Origin: Mytilus edulis
Lineage: Eukaryota
NCBI RefSeq assembly: GCF_963676685.1
Contig: NC_092356.1
Coordinates: 29,388,001-29,452,000 of the forward strand
Reading direction: 5' to 3'
Length of the DNA: 64,000 nucleotides
A program made the position numbers and the translations under genes. A model generated the notes under the pieces. It searched no databases. It was not told the origin of the DNA and saw only the letters and a list, made by a program, of their open reading frames with translations. Position 1 is the stretch's first letter; every line of letters begins with the position of its first letter. Below are positions 41,129-56,600 of this stretch, one piece after another.

Positions 41129-42316
41129 AATATCAAACCTCATCGTTGTCCTAATAATTCAAATTTTATATATTAATGAGTTTCATATTGATCTTGAATC
41201 TGTATAAATTTTATGACTCTTTTATAACTTCGGTTATGTTCTTTATTGAGTATTTTGTAAATGGGTTGAAAAATCAAAATGTATGATGCCATGTCACATA
41301 TGCATGTATATATATTAAATAACTTTAGAGTGGTCTCTAAAATGAAATGGTAGTTTATGGATACTAAACATTTTAGACTGGTATATTTTTGCAAGAATAT
41401 GAAGAACAAAATATCAGATAGATTATTTCATTTTACATATTAACATCCAAAATGACGATATACATTTGAAAGGATTTAAAAAGCTACAATTCCATGATCA
41501 TTTTTATACACAGACGATTTGTTGTTGTGAACATTTTATGAATATTATATTACTGATTTTATCAATTGAGATATATAAGGATTTGTCATGTTCCGGTGAT
41601 TGTTTGTACATGCACATTAGCAGATGAATACTGTGTAAACACTCAACAGATCTCATTTCAATTGAAAAATGTGTTTTTATTTATGTTCACTGCAAAAGTT
41701 GTCTGTTTTCACTGATGTTTTTATGACACTTAAAATTTACATTCGTGCATTACTTGTATATAAAGTTTAAGTACTGACGTTTAAGTTGTAAATGAGGAAT
41801 TACACAGTAGTCATATCAAAATGAAATTGAACAGATTTTTTCCGGTTAGTTCTTTTTCATGTGAAATGCAGAGTAGTTTTAGTAAATCCAAATTAAAGTG
41901 CTCAAGTATAAATTGAAAGATAGCGATGAGGCCTAATTTTGTAGTGAGCTTTAAGAGCTACTATCGTGGTATGTGCACATTTTATAGGTGTTTGTTTTGT
42001 GTTAAAACTTAAGACTGAAACAAAGTCAATTATATGTGCCGACATATATACAAAAACACTTGTTATTCAATTGTGTATATAAAGTATCATGCGATTGTTT
42101 ATATTTCTGTTTGTCGAAATGTACAATTTTTTTTTTGCACTTTTGAAAATTAAAAAAAAATCCAAGTACTGGAAGTTCAGCAATCTAGCAAGTAGCCGCT
42201 TCATTTATATTTTGCACAGTTATTCTTGTGTTCTTATATAAATCACTTTGCACTTCAGGAAAGTGTTGTATATTTATTATTATGATTTTCATATATCAAA
42301 ATTATAGTTACAATTT

Positions 42317-43407
42317 TTAACCGGATTTTTGTGACAAAAATGTCGGTTATTGATTTGGGGATGTACGGCGGGCGGGCGGTCGGGCGGGCGGGAATCAAAT
42401 GTTGTCCGTGCATTAACTCATGAACCGTTCAACCAAAGCTTTTAAAATTTTAATATGTTGTTACTGACAACTAAATGAAGGTCAAGTTCAATAATGGCGA
42501 TTTTGACTTTTACCGTTCAGGAGTTATGGTTCTTGAAAGATTGAAAAATGGAGTTTCCAGTCGTGTCCCTGCATTTACGCATGAACTGTTCTACCTAAGC
42601 TTTCCAAATTTTAATATGTTGTTACTGATGACAAAATGGAGATCAAGTCCAATAATGGCGATTTTGACTTTTACCGTTCAGGAGTTATGGTTCTTGAAAG
42701 ATTGAAAAATGGAGTTTCCAGTCGTGTCCGTGCATTTACGCATGAACTGTTCTACCTAAGCTTCCCAAATTTTAATATGTTGTTACTGATGACAAAATGG
42801 AAGTCAAGTTTAATAATGACGATTTTGACTTTTACCGTTCAGGAGTTATGGTTCTTGAAAGATTGAAAAATGGTGTTTCCAGTCGTGTTCGTGCATTTAC
42901 GCATGAACTGTTTTACCAAAGCTTCCCAAATTTTAATATGTTGTTACTGATGACAAAATAGAGGTCAAGTTCAATAATGACGATTTTGACTTTTACCGTT
43001 CAGGAGTTATGGTTCTTGAAAGATTGAAAAATGGTGTTTCCAGTCGTGTCCGTGCATTTTCTCATGAACCATTCAACCAAAGCTTTTGAAATTTTTATAT
43101 GTTGTTACTGATGGCAAATTAGAGGTCAAGTTCAATAATGACGATTTTGACTTTTACCGTTCAGGAGTTATGGTTCTTCAAAGATTGTGAAATGGCGTTT
43201 CCATTCACGTTGTTGCATTTACTCATGAACCATTCAATCTAAGCTTTTAAAATTTTAAGATGTTGATACTGATGACAAAATGGAGGTCAAATTTGATATT
43301 GACGATTTTCACTTTCACCATTCATCAGTAATGGTTCTTGTGATATTGCCAGGACACAAATAAATATTAATAAATCCGGTTTGCTGTCGTTGTGACAGCC
43401 TCTTGTT
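42317..43407 (+). mobile_element. HINE-like element with ~6 x 161-bp internal tandem repeats
   Basis: Same termini as 14017-14790; units about every 161 bp from ~42419. Absent from the paralogous region downstream of copy 2. Confidence 0.78.
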
Positions 43408-46400
43408 TAAATATTCCACATGTAACGCAGGTTATATTTTAGCTATGTGTTTCACAGTTATTTTGTAGTTCTTCATGTATCTTCGTTTACCTTTATCGTT
43501 ATGTCGATTGCGTCGCTTATGTTACAGGCTTGTTACTAGTATAACTGTTTATTTTTATTGCAAATTAGAATTTTTGAAGACATACATGTATCAGTCAATT
43601 TGTCATAGATTTTAACAAACGTAATCAATGCATCACTGGGAAATTATTGTGTCAGTGATTTCGATGCCATAAATTACGTAAACATGCTAAAACTTTTACT
43701 AAATTCTGTCATAGATACACAGATTTGATTAGTACATTTGGCTGTATCTGTAGAAAAATTATCAAAATGATATTTAACATCCTAAATTTTACGGTAATAT
43801 TGTACTAATAGCGCGCCGTGTAAACTCATCGAACCATTTAACAAACTTATTAGTAAGGGTTATCGTACCAATACAGTAATTAGATCTCTGATTATAGTTC
43901 ACATTGGCACTAATATCGATTTTAGCAATAGCAAATTAAAACATAACTAAATTTCTTTTCTTTTGAGGCGGGGTGTATATAGACACACACACGTTAATTG
44001 TTATCTCTAAAGAAGTCGCTACTCACTATCCTACATTTCAACTACCTGTCGATACATTTATTTTTGGCATTGCACAAGTCATGTCTTCTCTGACTGTTCA
44101 TGACATTAAAATACTTAAAGACTGGGATTTGTTTTAGTCAATTGTAGTCTCTGATGCATGATTTTTTTTTATTATTACTTGTTTTGGCTTTTAACTAGCT
44201 GTCAGTAACTGCGAGTACTCTCAAATCGTACTCTCTTGTTAATTTGACCTGTTGATACTATTTGTAATGCTTTTTTGTTATTTTATATTTACATGGATCT
44301 TGTTTATATACCAGCTTTGATTATGTGAATATCTACTAAAAAGTAAAACAACGAAAATACTGAACTTGGAGGAAAATCCAATCGGAAAGTCCATAATCAC
44401 ATGGCAAAATCAAAAAACAAAACACATAAAAAACGTATAGACAAGAACTTTCATATTCCTGACTTGGTACAGGCATTTTGAAATGTAGAAAATGGTGGAT
44501 TAAACCTGGTTTTATAGCTAATTTTACTAATTTTCACTTCTTCGTACTATGATCATCAAGATTATTCTCCTTAAATCTGTATAGGGTTTTATCGAGCTCT
44601 AATTGTATAGTTTTATTGTTGATATTCACCCCATATGTATCTAGTTTTAAATAAGGTATTTACATGACAAAACCTTCTTGGTATTCCTAATTATTGGAAG
44701 ATTTTATGTACACAGAAGTAGTATACCTAAAACGACAAAGTTATTTTTCACTTACCTGTATATATTATGAGAAACCGTTTTTTTTTCAAAAATGATTATT
44801 TTCTTAGGGTTGTTAAATATTTCGGGGTAGTGTCTTGCCATACCTTTGTTTGGACTTGTTTGTTTACTTTTGGCCTTGAATGTTTGTCCCTAATATTTTG
44901 TAAACTATGTATTGGCATTCAGGTATCGGAGATCAAATTTATATTATTCGTTCATAGTGTGTTGATTTACGTTTTTTGATTGAGTTAAGCCTTCCAATTG
45001 ATATTTTATCGTGTGTTTTTCTATGTTGTGATGTTATACTATTGTTTCAGAAAAAGGGAGACGGTTTGGTACCATTAAAACTTTTAATCCCGCTGCAAAT
45101 GTTTGCACCTGTCCTAAGTCAGGAATCTGATGTACAGTAGTTGTCGTTTGTTTATGTAATTTATACGTGTTTCTCGTTTCTCGTTTTTTTTATATAGATT
45201 AGACCGTTAGTTTTACCGTTTGAATGGTTTAACACTTGTAATTGTGGAGCCCTTTATAGCTTGTTGTTCGATGTGAGCCAAGGCTCCGTGTTAAGGCCGT
45301 ACATCGACCTATAATGGTTTACTTTTAAAAAATTGTTGTTTGGATGGAGAGTTGTCTCACTGGCACTCATACCACATCTTCCTATATCTATCTACAGATT
45401 GTTTACTTTGGGATAAGAAATGCACTTTTATCGTTGAACAGTTAACTCCGTATAACTTTCTTTTTGTTCTGTATGCTATATTTTTCAAACAAACGTCTTG
45501 TACGAAACTATATTTTACGTCATATTGCTTTAGTTGGCATAAAACGATGACTGTAAATGTCATGCAATGATTTGTAGGACAAGTTTGATTTGAAATAGCT
45601 ATTCAAAAAGACTTGTACGATTTCTATAACATTAAATAATATATATTAATCATTATTTGTCTGTATTATGCATATGATATATAAGTAACTTCATGACAAT
45701 ATTAAAATGTAAAACCTTATTTTGTTACTTACAAATGATCTGCACTTTAAGTAAAATAGCGTGTCTTACAAAAATAACAAGATGTTGTAAAATTGCCTTT
45801 GCGACATCTATCCACATAAGATAACAGGACAATGAATGTTAAACCTGAAGGTTAGATTGACATCCGTTTGCAACCAAATACCATATGACAAATTATTAAA
45901 TAATAAAACAATATGAACAAATTCAAAAGTAAAATCACAAAAAACTCCGAGGAAAATTCAATCGTAAAGTCCCTACTCAAATGGAAAAATCAAATAACAA
46001 AACACACCAAACGAATGGACAACAACTGTCATATTCCTGATATTGTACAGACATTTTCAAATGCAGAGAATGGTGGATTAAACCTGGTTTTATAGCGTAA
46101 ATCTCTCACTTATATGACAGTCTCATCAAATTCCGTTATATTTACAACGATGCGTGAACAAAGCAGACATAAGTCAAAATACTGATACAGCAGTCATCAC
46201 TGTGTTAGGAGTAAATCCATAGTTTATCGCCTTGTTTTGATTTAAATAATTTACATTAAATGTAAAAATACTCGGAAGTTTAAATGCAACTCTCTACAAC
46301 AACATTACTATTCATTTCAATGTTGAGTAATCCTAACCCCACACAGTAATCATGTGTTCCAGAAGAGTCAGAATTCCTTGCTCCATTTTTGACAGAAAAA

Positions 46401-48832
46401 TTATCAACAATGTCAAATGGCAACTTACTTGACGAAGATGAGAAAATACACTTAATGTATATTAAGAAGGAACCCTACGCGTGTGCTTAGAATTGACTTA
46501 TTACCAGTCGTTCCACCCTGGGACTTGCAGTTACCTCTGTATTTCATCAACTCGGCACACATGATATAAATGAATAACAACAAAAAGACAGCATTTTATG
46601 GATAACGATTCATTTGGAAAAAGGTCATAAGGTTAGAAATTGAAAAACGTACAAATAGATCAATTATATTAAGTTTTCTCTTTTCTTATATGATTTATAA
46701 TTACTTATGCAAAAAATGTTTTCGGCCAGACATGCTTGTAATATATTCCACTAGATATAAAAGCAATCATCATTATCAATAACATGATATATATCTGATA
46801 ATACAATATGGTCATCCATTTCCATATGATTCAAAATCGTATAAAGGACCACAAGGCGACAACCCTACAATTGTTTCACAGTGGTTACAATTTGTAGTGG
46901 CATTAAAAGGTTCAATTACAATGTATTAGAAACAGTTAATAGCATGTTCATGATGACATTTGTAAGTTTTGGCAGTTATATAGTTCCGGTGAATGTATTT
47001 GTCAGCTGCAGCCGCCTAAATCACTTTCTATACTTGGCATTTGTTTTACTATGTCGGAAAACCCGTTTACAACTTTTTTAATCATGAGATTAATTGTCTT
47101 AATATGAAATAAGAAGATGGGTTATGGTTGACATAAGGAAAATTGTTATTAGGTATGGAATGTCGTCTTTTATATCAATTATGCTTATTTGGTTCCATTT
47201 AATGAAAAACATGACAACCCGAGGCAAGAACATTGATTCAGAAATCCTACTGTTTTAATATCTTACCTAAAATAAATGACTTTGAAACTTGTAGGGAATT
47301 TAATGATTGAACAACTCCCATCACACGATTGGAATCTGATATTGTTCGGGAAAGTAACTAATAAGTAAAAAGTAAAATCACAAAAATACTTAACTCTGAG
47401 AAAAAAAAATCAAAACGGAAAGTCCCTAATAAAATGATTAAACACATCAAACGAATGGACAACAACTGTCATACTCCTGATTTAGTACAGGCATTTTCCA
47501 TTGTAGAAAACGGTCGATTGAACATGGTTTTATAGCGCTAAACCTCTCATTTGTGTGACAGTCGCATCAAATACTATCATATTCATCTACAACGATGATT
47601 GACAAAACAGACATAGTACATAAATTTGTCAATAAAATAGGAATACAGCAGTCAAAGCTGTCTCCCAATCTCAATTAGAACAAAAACAAACAAATATCTA
47701 ACAAAAAAGCACAAAAAGCATCTATAATTTAACAACCGCATACATTGCTTAGTTATATATGTATTTTATATCAACCAATAAAGGATTGAAATATTTGAAG
47801 TCATGTGACTGCATTCACATCAACTCTAGTGTAGAGTCGCGTGTTTGACGTCAGAATGCTAACGTCACACAGGAAATAATATAAAATAATTTTGTCGTTC
47901 AATGTATTTTTGAAAATATAATTTCACATGGGGAATGGTGGTACACAGGGTTGAAAAATCAAAAGTTTTGTTAGAACTTATTTCAGAAAAAAGGCCGAGA
48001 TTTAAAATTATTATTTAAAAAAAATCCACATATGGTTAATTCCACTACGCGAGTAAAACAATTTTGTTGTTCAAAGGATTTTCAAAATAATATAGAACAA
48101 TAATATAATGGCATTATAATATAACAGTATCATAATGGCGGGATATTTAAAAGTACAGAGCCACGTCATATGTACCAAAGAAACACAAAAAGTCACACAA
48201 ACAAAACACATCAGCAAAATTGAAAGATTAAAGTACCGAACCACGTCAAATGGATATCACAGAAAACCGACCAAACAGTAAAAGTAATATTTATGATAGA
48301 ACAAAGACATATAAAAGAACAACATAACACGTTATTACAACGTCAGTACGCAGAATCTATACATCAAGACCATCATGTATTAGATGTAAAGTTGATACGG
48401 AATATTAACAACAAGGTCTTGGTACCTTCCGATGAACTTTTTAAGAAAATGGACGAGACGTTCTTTGACATACCCCTGGTTCATCCGTTAAAATTTACTT
48501 TTAGAAATGCTAAAGTTGTAAATATTTTAGTAATTTAGCATGACTTATTGATGGTAGTACCTGAGATATGTGCTTTTTATTATCACAAACAGCCCATATT
48601 TATGTAACGGAAGTATTCTACTATCCAATAAATAGTTAACAGATAACATTTTAACAATTTTGTAAAACTGCTATATTTTGAGGCCAAGAAGAGGTCTTAC
48701 TGGACCTACTCCTTTCACTATTCAATGAAGTAGACAAATGAAGTTCAATAACAAAAACTCAGGTAATCATTCTTGATAGATTGAAACAGTTGGAAATAAG
48801 TCACAATCGATAAACGTACGCGTACAGGTTAA

Positions 48833-49536
48833 TGTTGTTTTCAATTTTTAACATCACTAGGTCGAAACCTCTGCTGGTGGACTATCAGTCCCCGAGGGTA
48901 TCATCAGCTCAGTAGTCAGAACTTCGGTACTGACAAGGTTTAATAAACTTTATTAAAAGTGTCTGTTTATAAATTTTAAAATTAATTAGAAACTAAGGTT
49001 TCAACTCCCTCAGTCAAAGTTGGCTTTAGAAGAATTTGGCTATTTATATTAGGTATTTTTGACATATAGCTCTTCAACGGTTGCGGTACTTATACGGATT
49101 TCGGATTTCAATTGTTTGGCTTTGAGCGTTCCTGATGAAGGTAAATCCAGAAAAGCGTTTCGGACGCAAGAAACTGTAAAACGTGTTGTTTTCAATTTTT
49201 AACATCACTGGGTCGATACCTCTGCTGATGGACTTTCAGTTTCCGATGGTATCATCAGCTCAGTAACCAGTACTTCGGTACTAACATGATTTAACAAACT
49301 TTACTAAAATTGTCCGTTTATAAATTTTAAAATTATTTCGAAACTAAGGTTTCAACTCCCTCAGGCAACGTTGGCTTTAGATAAATTCGGCTATTTATAT
49401 TAGGTATATACCTCTTCAACGGTTTTGGTACTTATACATATTCGGATTTCAAATGTTTGGCTTTGAGCGTTCCTGATGAAGGTAAATCCAGAAAAGCGTT
49501 TCGGACGCAAGAAATTATTAAAAGTGTTGTTTTCAA
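48833..49536 (+). mobile_element. Tandem ~341-351-bp repeat (2 units) with a hammerhead-like motif in each unit; non-LTR retrozyme-like
   Basis: Units start at 48833, 49184 and (partial) 49525. Each contains GCGUUC-CUGAUGA-AGGUAAAUCCA-GAAA-A(GCGU)U-UC-GGACGC, at 49126-49167 and 49467-49508. Confidence 0.65.
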
Positions 49537-51526
49537 ATTATGGTTCAGTGTAACCTGCTTAATCCGACACCTGAGTATTTTAACATCCTACTTTAACCGA
49601 CACATTTTCATGGAGCCAAAATATACCTATCTTTGCAGAAAAAAAACCTGAGTATTTCGACACCCTGGTGTATCCGACATTTTTTTCAGGTCACCTAGTG
49701 TGTCGAATTATACAAGTTACACTGTATCTATAAAGATCTAAGACTGAAAAAAATATGTCGGTCGCTGGTGAGTTGAGTCACAGACATATCACATCGTTCA
49801 CATAATTTGTAATAGTGTATTTAATATTTGAACAGTATCGATTTCAATCGTTTGTTCTCATAACTCTGCCACAAAAGTTTTAGCGTAAGAAGCATATCCC
49901 CGATATTGAAGTCCGTAAGGTGTGAAAGTCAAGATGTCTAATGTATCAATTGAGATATGTATTAACTTTAAATTGTAACCGGGTTTGTACTACCATTAAC
50001 AACACAAAGGGTGCCACATGTAGAGCCTGATCTGGATACACTTCCGGAGCACCAGAGACGCTCCCTAGTTTGATATGTCTCCGGAGAAATTATTCAGAAT
50101 GGTATGAAGGCGTGTCTGAGACATGTTTTAAGATGTAAAACAAAGCTTTCTTATAACATCCTACATGTAACGCACTTCTCTAATTCTGAAAATAAGTCGA
50201 GAATTAAATGAAATGTATTTTGATATTCTCAATATTGTTTAAAGGTCGAGAAGAAATGTCTTTTATGAGAGAAAAAAAAATTAACACAAAATCAATTTTA
50301 ATGTAATACTTATGCATACATTATTATATTATACTATCTAAAATGCCAAATTTAAAAACTTTGATTCATACAAGTACCTGGACCTTTGGCTGAATGAACA
50401 TTTAAATATGAATAACATCATTTGGGAATTGGCCAAGGTAGCTAGTAGTGCACTAGGTGCTCTATACGGAAAATCAATAAGTATGACTCATCAAGCTGAA
50501 GGAATCAACAGTGGGAATTAGTATATAGCGAACATTATAATATGCTGTGATAGGAATATAAGGTCCTTTCTAATATAAGTTCTAATTGCAAGTCTTATTC
50601 TGGAATATAATTTCAATTGGAACAAATATTACAGCATTTGTTCCTTACGGATTAAAGGGTATATAATATTTGTTCCAAAAATAACCCATTAAAATATAAA
50701 TGTGTATGTGTTATGTATGTTCCATTTTTAAAGTCCGTCGGTATAATACAAACATAGGTAAATTGATTGATCGCCAGAATTAATACGACCTTGAACGTGA
50801 CTACTGTGGGCTGTAGAATATTCACTTTTACATTACAATGTAATGTGACCGTGAGTTAGAGGAAACCCTGTTTTGTTGAGGTAAGGTAGATAACACTTGA
50901 AAAATCTTGTTTTTATTGAAAACGATATGTTATTTTCGATATTTTCGAAAATCGAACCAGGAACAAGTATAAGCAGTTACTTTCATATAGGAAATCGGTG
51001 GATAGTTTATGATTTATATTTTGGATATTGAGTAAACTGGGTCAAATAGTTAAAAAAAATGTACAGACTATCCCAAATGTTTGATTTAAATGCTGTAGTA
51101 ATAGATATAACATATCGTGATGTTAAACACAGAAAATGCTATGTGTTCACATGAAGACTTCAAGTGTTGTATAATAATGACTGTAAAATCTATCTGATTT
51201 CGTGAAGTTATGTTGAATAAATGTTTACCGTTTGAAATTGATAGTGACAAGTCGAGCGTAAATTTAAGACATTTAAATTAGGGATCATCTCAAAAGTAGG
51301 AATTTAAATTTGATTGAATAGGTGTATTAATAGCTTTATTAACTATAAAAAAGTTATTAAACCATTGTAAAAGCAAACAATTGTTAATTCAGACATATTC
51401 GCCTTTTTCAAAAATGATTTGTTGGATGGTTGAAAGTATGCTCTAATTGTTTTGATAACATCGTGTACGAGGTCCTGGCACATAAGAGAAGAAAAGATAC
51501 CAAACGGACATTCAAACCCATAAAAC

Positions 51527-52865
51527 AACTAGAGGCTCTAAAGAGCCTGTGTCGCTCACCTTGGTCTATGTGAATATTAAATAAAGGAAGCAGATGGATT
51601 AATGACAAAATTGTGATTTGGTGATGGTGATGTGTTTGTACATCTTACTTTACTAAGCAGTTTTGCTGCTTACAATTATCTCTATCTATAATGAACTTGG
51701 CCCAGTAGCTTCAGAGGAAAATGTTAATAAAATTTACAAATTTTATGAAAATTGTTAAAAATTGACTATAAAGGACATTAACTCCTTAGGGGGTCAATTG
51801 ACTATTTCGGTCATGTTAACTTATTTGTAAATCTTACTTTGTTGAACTTTATTGCTGTTTACAGTTTATCTCTATCTATAATAATATTCAAGATAATAAC
51901 CCAAAAATGGCAAAATTTCCTTAAAATTGCCATTTCAGGGGCAGCAACACAACAACCAGTTGTCTGATTCGTCTGAAAATTTCAGGGCAGATAGATCTTG
52001 ACTTGATAAACAATATGACTACTTGAAAGAGTTGCTAGTAATGCTTAAGTTTCAGAGTTATAAGCCAAAATCTTCTTTTACCCTTATGTTCTATTTTTAG
52101 CCATGGCGGCAATCTTGGTTGGTTGGCAGGGTCACCGAACACATTTTTTAAACTAGATACCCCAATGATGATTGGTGACAAGTTTGGTTAAATTTGTCTT
52201 ACTAGTTTTAGAGGAGAAGTTTTTTGTAAACGATAACAAAAATTGTTAAAAAATTGTTAAAAAATGACTATAAAGGGCAATAACTCCTTAAGTGGTCAAT
52301 TGACAATTTTGGAAAGTTTACTTTTTTGTAGATCTTACTTTGCTGAACATTATTGCTGTTTACAGTTTATCTCTATCTATAATAATACTCAAGATAATAA
52401 CCAAAAAATGGCAAAATTTCCTTAAAATTGCAAATTCAGGGGCAGCAACCCAACAACCAACTGTCCGATTCATCTGAAAATTTCAGGGTAGATAGATCTT
52501 GACTTGATAAACAATTGACTCCCTTTTAAGATTTGCTCTAAATGCTTTGCTTTCAGAGTTATAAGCCAAAATCTTCATTTTACCCCCTATGTTCTATTTT
52601 TAGCCATGGCGGCCATCTTGGTTGGTTGGCCGGGTCACCGAACACATTTTTTAAACTAGATACCCTAATGATGATAGTGGTCAAATATGGTTAAATTTGG
52701 CCCAGTAGTTTCAGAGGAAAATATTTTTGTAAAACTTAACGACGCCGGACGACGGACGACGACAGACGACGGACGACGGACGACGGACAACGGACGACGG
52801 ACGATGGACGACGGACGCCAAGTGATGAGAAATGCTCACTTGGCCCTATGGGCCAGGTGAGCTAA
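51527..52865 (-). mobile_element. Helitron/HINE-like element, two ~500-bp internal units, inverted
   Basis: Reverse-complement termini AACTAGAGGCTCTAAAGAGCCT ... GGCCAGGTGAGCTAA; (GACG)n tract at ~52741-52817. Confidence 0.78.
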
Positions 52866-53617
52866 AAATAAACAGACAACACAAATATTCAATACTTTAC
52901 TTCAAGAAACAAGTTAGAAATCAAAGAAAAAACAAGGACTAGTCCCTTTATTACACATACAGAACTTTGTTTCTGGAAATAAACACGAAACAAAATACAA
53001 GGGAATTTTAAGCTCCAAACATTGTTAGAAAAGTACAATTTTATAACACAAAAGCATAGATCCAGATTTAAATCAACTGAAAAAACCAAATGCATTCATA
53101 ACGATGATAGAGTCATAAAATTCGGGGTCCCTAGAAAATCAATTATACAGGAAGATGCAGGTAAACATTTTGGTCAGGGTGGTAAAATCAATGTTTGTTC
53201 CTATTTGATAAAGGAGATATAATTTCTTAATGCTTGTAGATTAAGATTGTGATAAGTTTGCTTTCTTTCAGGCGGAGTTTAATCCGTATACATTAAACTA
53301 ACATTTGATTGGATGGTATATTGGAGATTAGGATTATCCATTGGCAATTGAACATGTGAACATACGGGACAAATATTTTTCAAACATATTTGATAAACTG
53401 GATTTTATAACATTACATAAACCATTCGAAATATTTCTAAATAAGCAAATTGTAAACCTTGATTTCAGTATTTAAAAAAAGTCACATATGAGTGATCATT
53501 TGCTTGTCTTTATAGTTCTATTAATGATAAATGTACCAGATATTTGGATGATAAATCGTTTGTTTATGATGATTTTATTAAACAACTCGAGGGAGGTCTT
53601 TTTTCTTTCTTTCAGAA

Positions 53618-56600
53618 ATGGCAACTTCAATAAGTGAAGAAGAGACCTATTATCTACGTATTGCAAATTTGTTGCTCAAAGTAGCACCTACAGCTGTCAG
53701 AGTAAAGTTTGATAAGGAATTTTGTCCATCAGGATTGCAGACGTTTCTTAATCAAAAGAGAGCGAAAATCCAGGGACTGACGCAGAAAAGGATAATCAAT
53801 CAAAAACAATGGAACCTACTTTTTCCAAACTCGGGTAAATATTTGATTAGTTACGGAACTGAACTTTCAGTTTGTTATAAGTATGATTGGTCATAAAACA
53901 TGTAACAAATCATACGACAGCAAAAACAGTTTTTTTCCAAATTATTTCAAAACAGTTTCGATCATGAAAAAAGCATTTAACACATACATAGATAAGATTT
54001 TTTCGATCTATATCTTACACTAAACATGACTTCTGGCTTTAAATGGGAGCTCGATTAAAATATTCAATTGGAGATTGGGTTGGGAAATGCTTTTGCTTTG
54101 CCTGCAGGTATGTAAATTGTCCTCGTTATATGTTTTTTGAGAAGCTATATGTGTATATTTATAAAGTTCTGACTGCTAGATCTTCGTTTTGTCTAACTAA
54201 CAAATTATGTGTGTTTGGATTGCTCACACATTTCCCCCAACATAACAAAACTGTAAAATGTTTTCATACAAACGGGAGGTTTGGCTAGCTATGAAATATT
54301 TGTATCAAGTAACGAAAATGGCAGGGTTTCCACTTATTCCGTTGCTCGACGAAATTCCCACTTTTGAGGCTAATAATTTTGTCAATACTAGTTCTATTGA
54401 TATATTCAGTACTTTATACTTCATCTGTTATTTACGTCGATACATGTAATGAAAATCGATACTATGTATTTTGCTAATTTATGAAAAGTAAATATTTTAC
54501 TGTTCATTTTCTATACTCCCAGACTTTTCAAATCAAATTTGTTTGTGGCGATTGTTTCTTTATACGATTCACTTTACCTTAATATTAATTTGATCTGCAT
54601 ACTGTTTGATTAGATGCGGCTGATGAATCTAATGGAGACAAACCGATTAAGTGTACTGAATAAACGGATATTGATGTTTTATTTATTGCCATAAAATTGT
54701 GAATGGAAATGGGGAATATGTCAATGCAGAAACAACCGGACAAAAGAGCAGATAACAGCCGAATGCCACCAAAAGGTTTTCACCACAGCGAGAAAAAACT
54801 GCACCCGGAGAAGGTCCTCATTTGGCCCCTAAAAGAAATTGTGTGTCTGTTCAACAAATGACATATATGCTTGAAATTGATAATTTTAGACAAAGGAACA
54901 AGAACAATATAAACCATCTCACTAACTATTTTTAAGGTTTGATTATAAACTAGATATACTTAGTATTCAATCATGGGTTTTTAGAATGTATAAAAACATA
55001 AGGGACAAACATTGATTGACAAACATATCTTATATACCTCAAGTTACTAAAAGGTGTCATAAACGGGACCATTGTTTACCTAGCTTCAAGCTGATAAAAG
55101 ACACGCATAAATAATAATATACTTTCAGGTACAGCCGACTCGTCTACTTTTGATGTAACTCTTATGATATGCCTACTCAGGAATCTGGCTAAAATGAATA
55201 TCCGAGACAACCTTCCAGTATCTACTGATACAACTGAAGGGGCAGCTATGTCAAGGATTAAATTTTACCGAAATGAAATTGCTCATAATGATAGTGGAAC
55301 ATTGACAGAAAAACAATTTCATCAATTTTGGGAAGAAGCTAGTCAGGTTAGTTTGACTTCTAAGCATTAAGTTACAACAAATGAAAGTTTTGTCATTTTA
55401 TATATAAAAGACTATTATGCAACTGTCATAAAATGAGATGTTTTGCTAGCTTTAGTCAGGTTTTATCCACCGTTTTCTACATATGAAAATGCCTGTACCA
55501 CGTCAGGAATATGATAGTTTTTATTCATTCCTTTGATGTTTTGGGTTTTTAATTTTGCCATTTGATTAGCAACTATCCTTTTTGAACTTTCTTCGATGTT
55601 CAGTATTTTTGTGATTATACTTTTTAAGTATGAGTTGACACTAACAATGCATGTTTTTTCTTTAATGTCAAATGTTACTACTAGAGTTTTAAGGCTTTAT
55701 CTGCAGTGAATATGTGTTAAGTTAAGCAATCGGTTTAACTACATAACAATTGAGAAGGGAATTCAAAGGGATTTTTTTTAATTTTTCAGGTAATCGCATT
55801 TTCTGTATTATGTTAACTTACAAATTTTCCAAAGGACGAAATACTTATATATTATAGGCTATTACTCTCTTTGGAGGACACAATTACATGCAACGGTGTG
55901 CTGATTTGAAAGTCTGTAGTCTTGATAGTCATGACAGGGAGATTTTGATAGAAATTAGAAATATGAGAAGTGAAAATATACCAAAAGGAGCAACAGGTAT
56001 GCTTTGTAATTGCAACATGCAACAATTAAAGCACCACTTTCAAATGTCATGAACCAATGATACAAATGAAGATAACAAACAGAAACTTCTCAGAGAAGAA
56101 AAGTAAGACTGTACCAAGAACCGAATATATGTACACATTTATGACATCTTTTAAACAATTATTGTTGAACAATAAATTAGTAGTCACATTTCTATCTTAC
56201 AAATACATAGGTAATACAGTCTTTTAACCGAGAAAATGAAATACAGATAATTCATAATATCAAGTTATAAATGATTACTAAATTAATCTATTTTAATATT
56301 GTTTTACATGGGTGCAGTTGTACATAACAGTCTAGTAGAAGAATGGTTCCGTATTGATGAAAAGGTTGTTTCAACTAAAGCTTTCCAAGGTGTATTAGAA
56401 ATTCTCCACGACGAACAAGTTTTGACAGTTATTGGTCCGCCAGGATGTGGAAAATCGACAGCGATCCACCATGCTGCTCTGCAGCTACGCGATCAAGAGG
56501 ATTATGTTATCGTTCCAGTTAATTTTCCAGGTGAAATTATACAGTACTATAATCCAGAGTGCAAACAAGTATTTGTTTATGATGATATATGTGGTAAATA

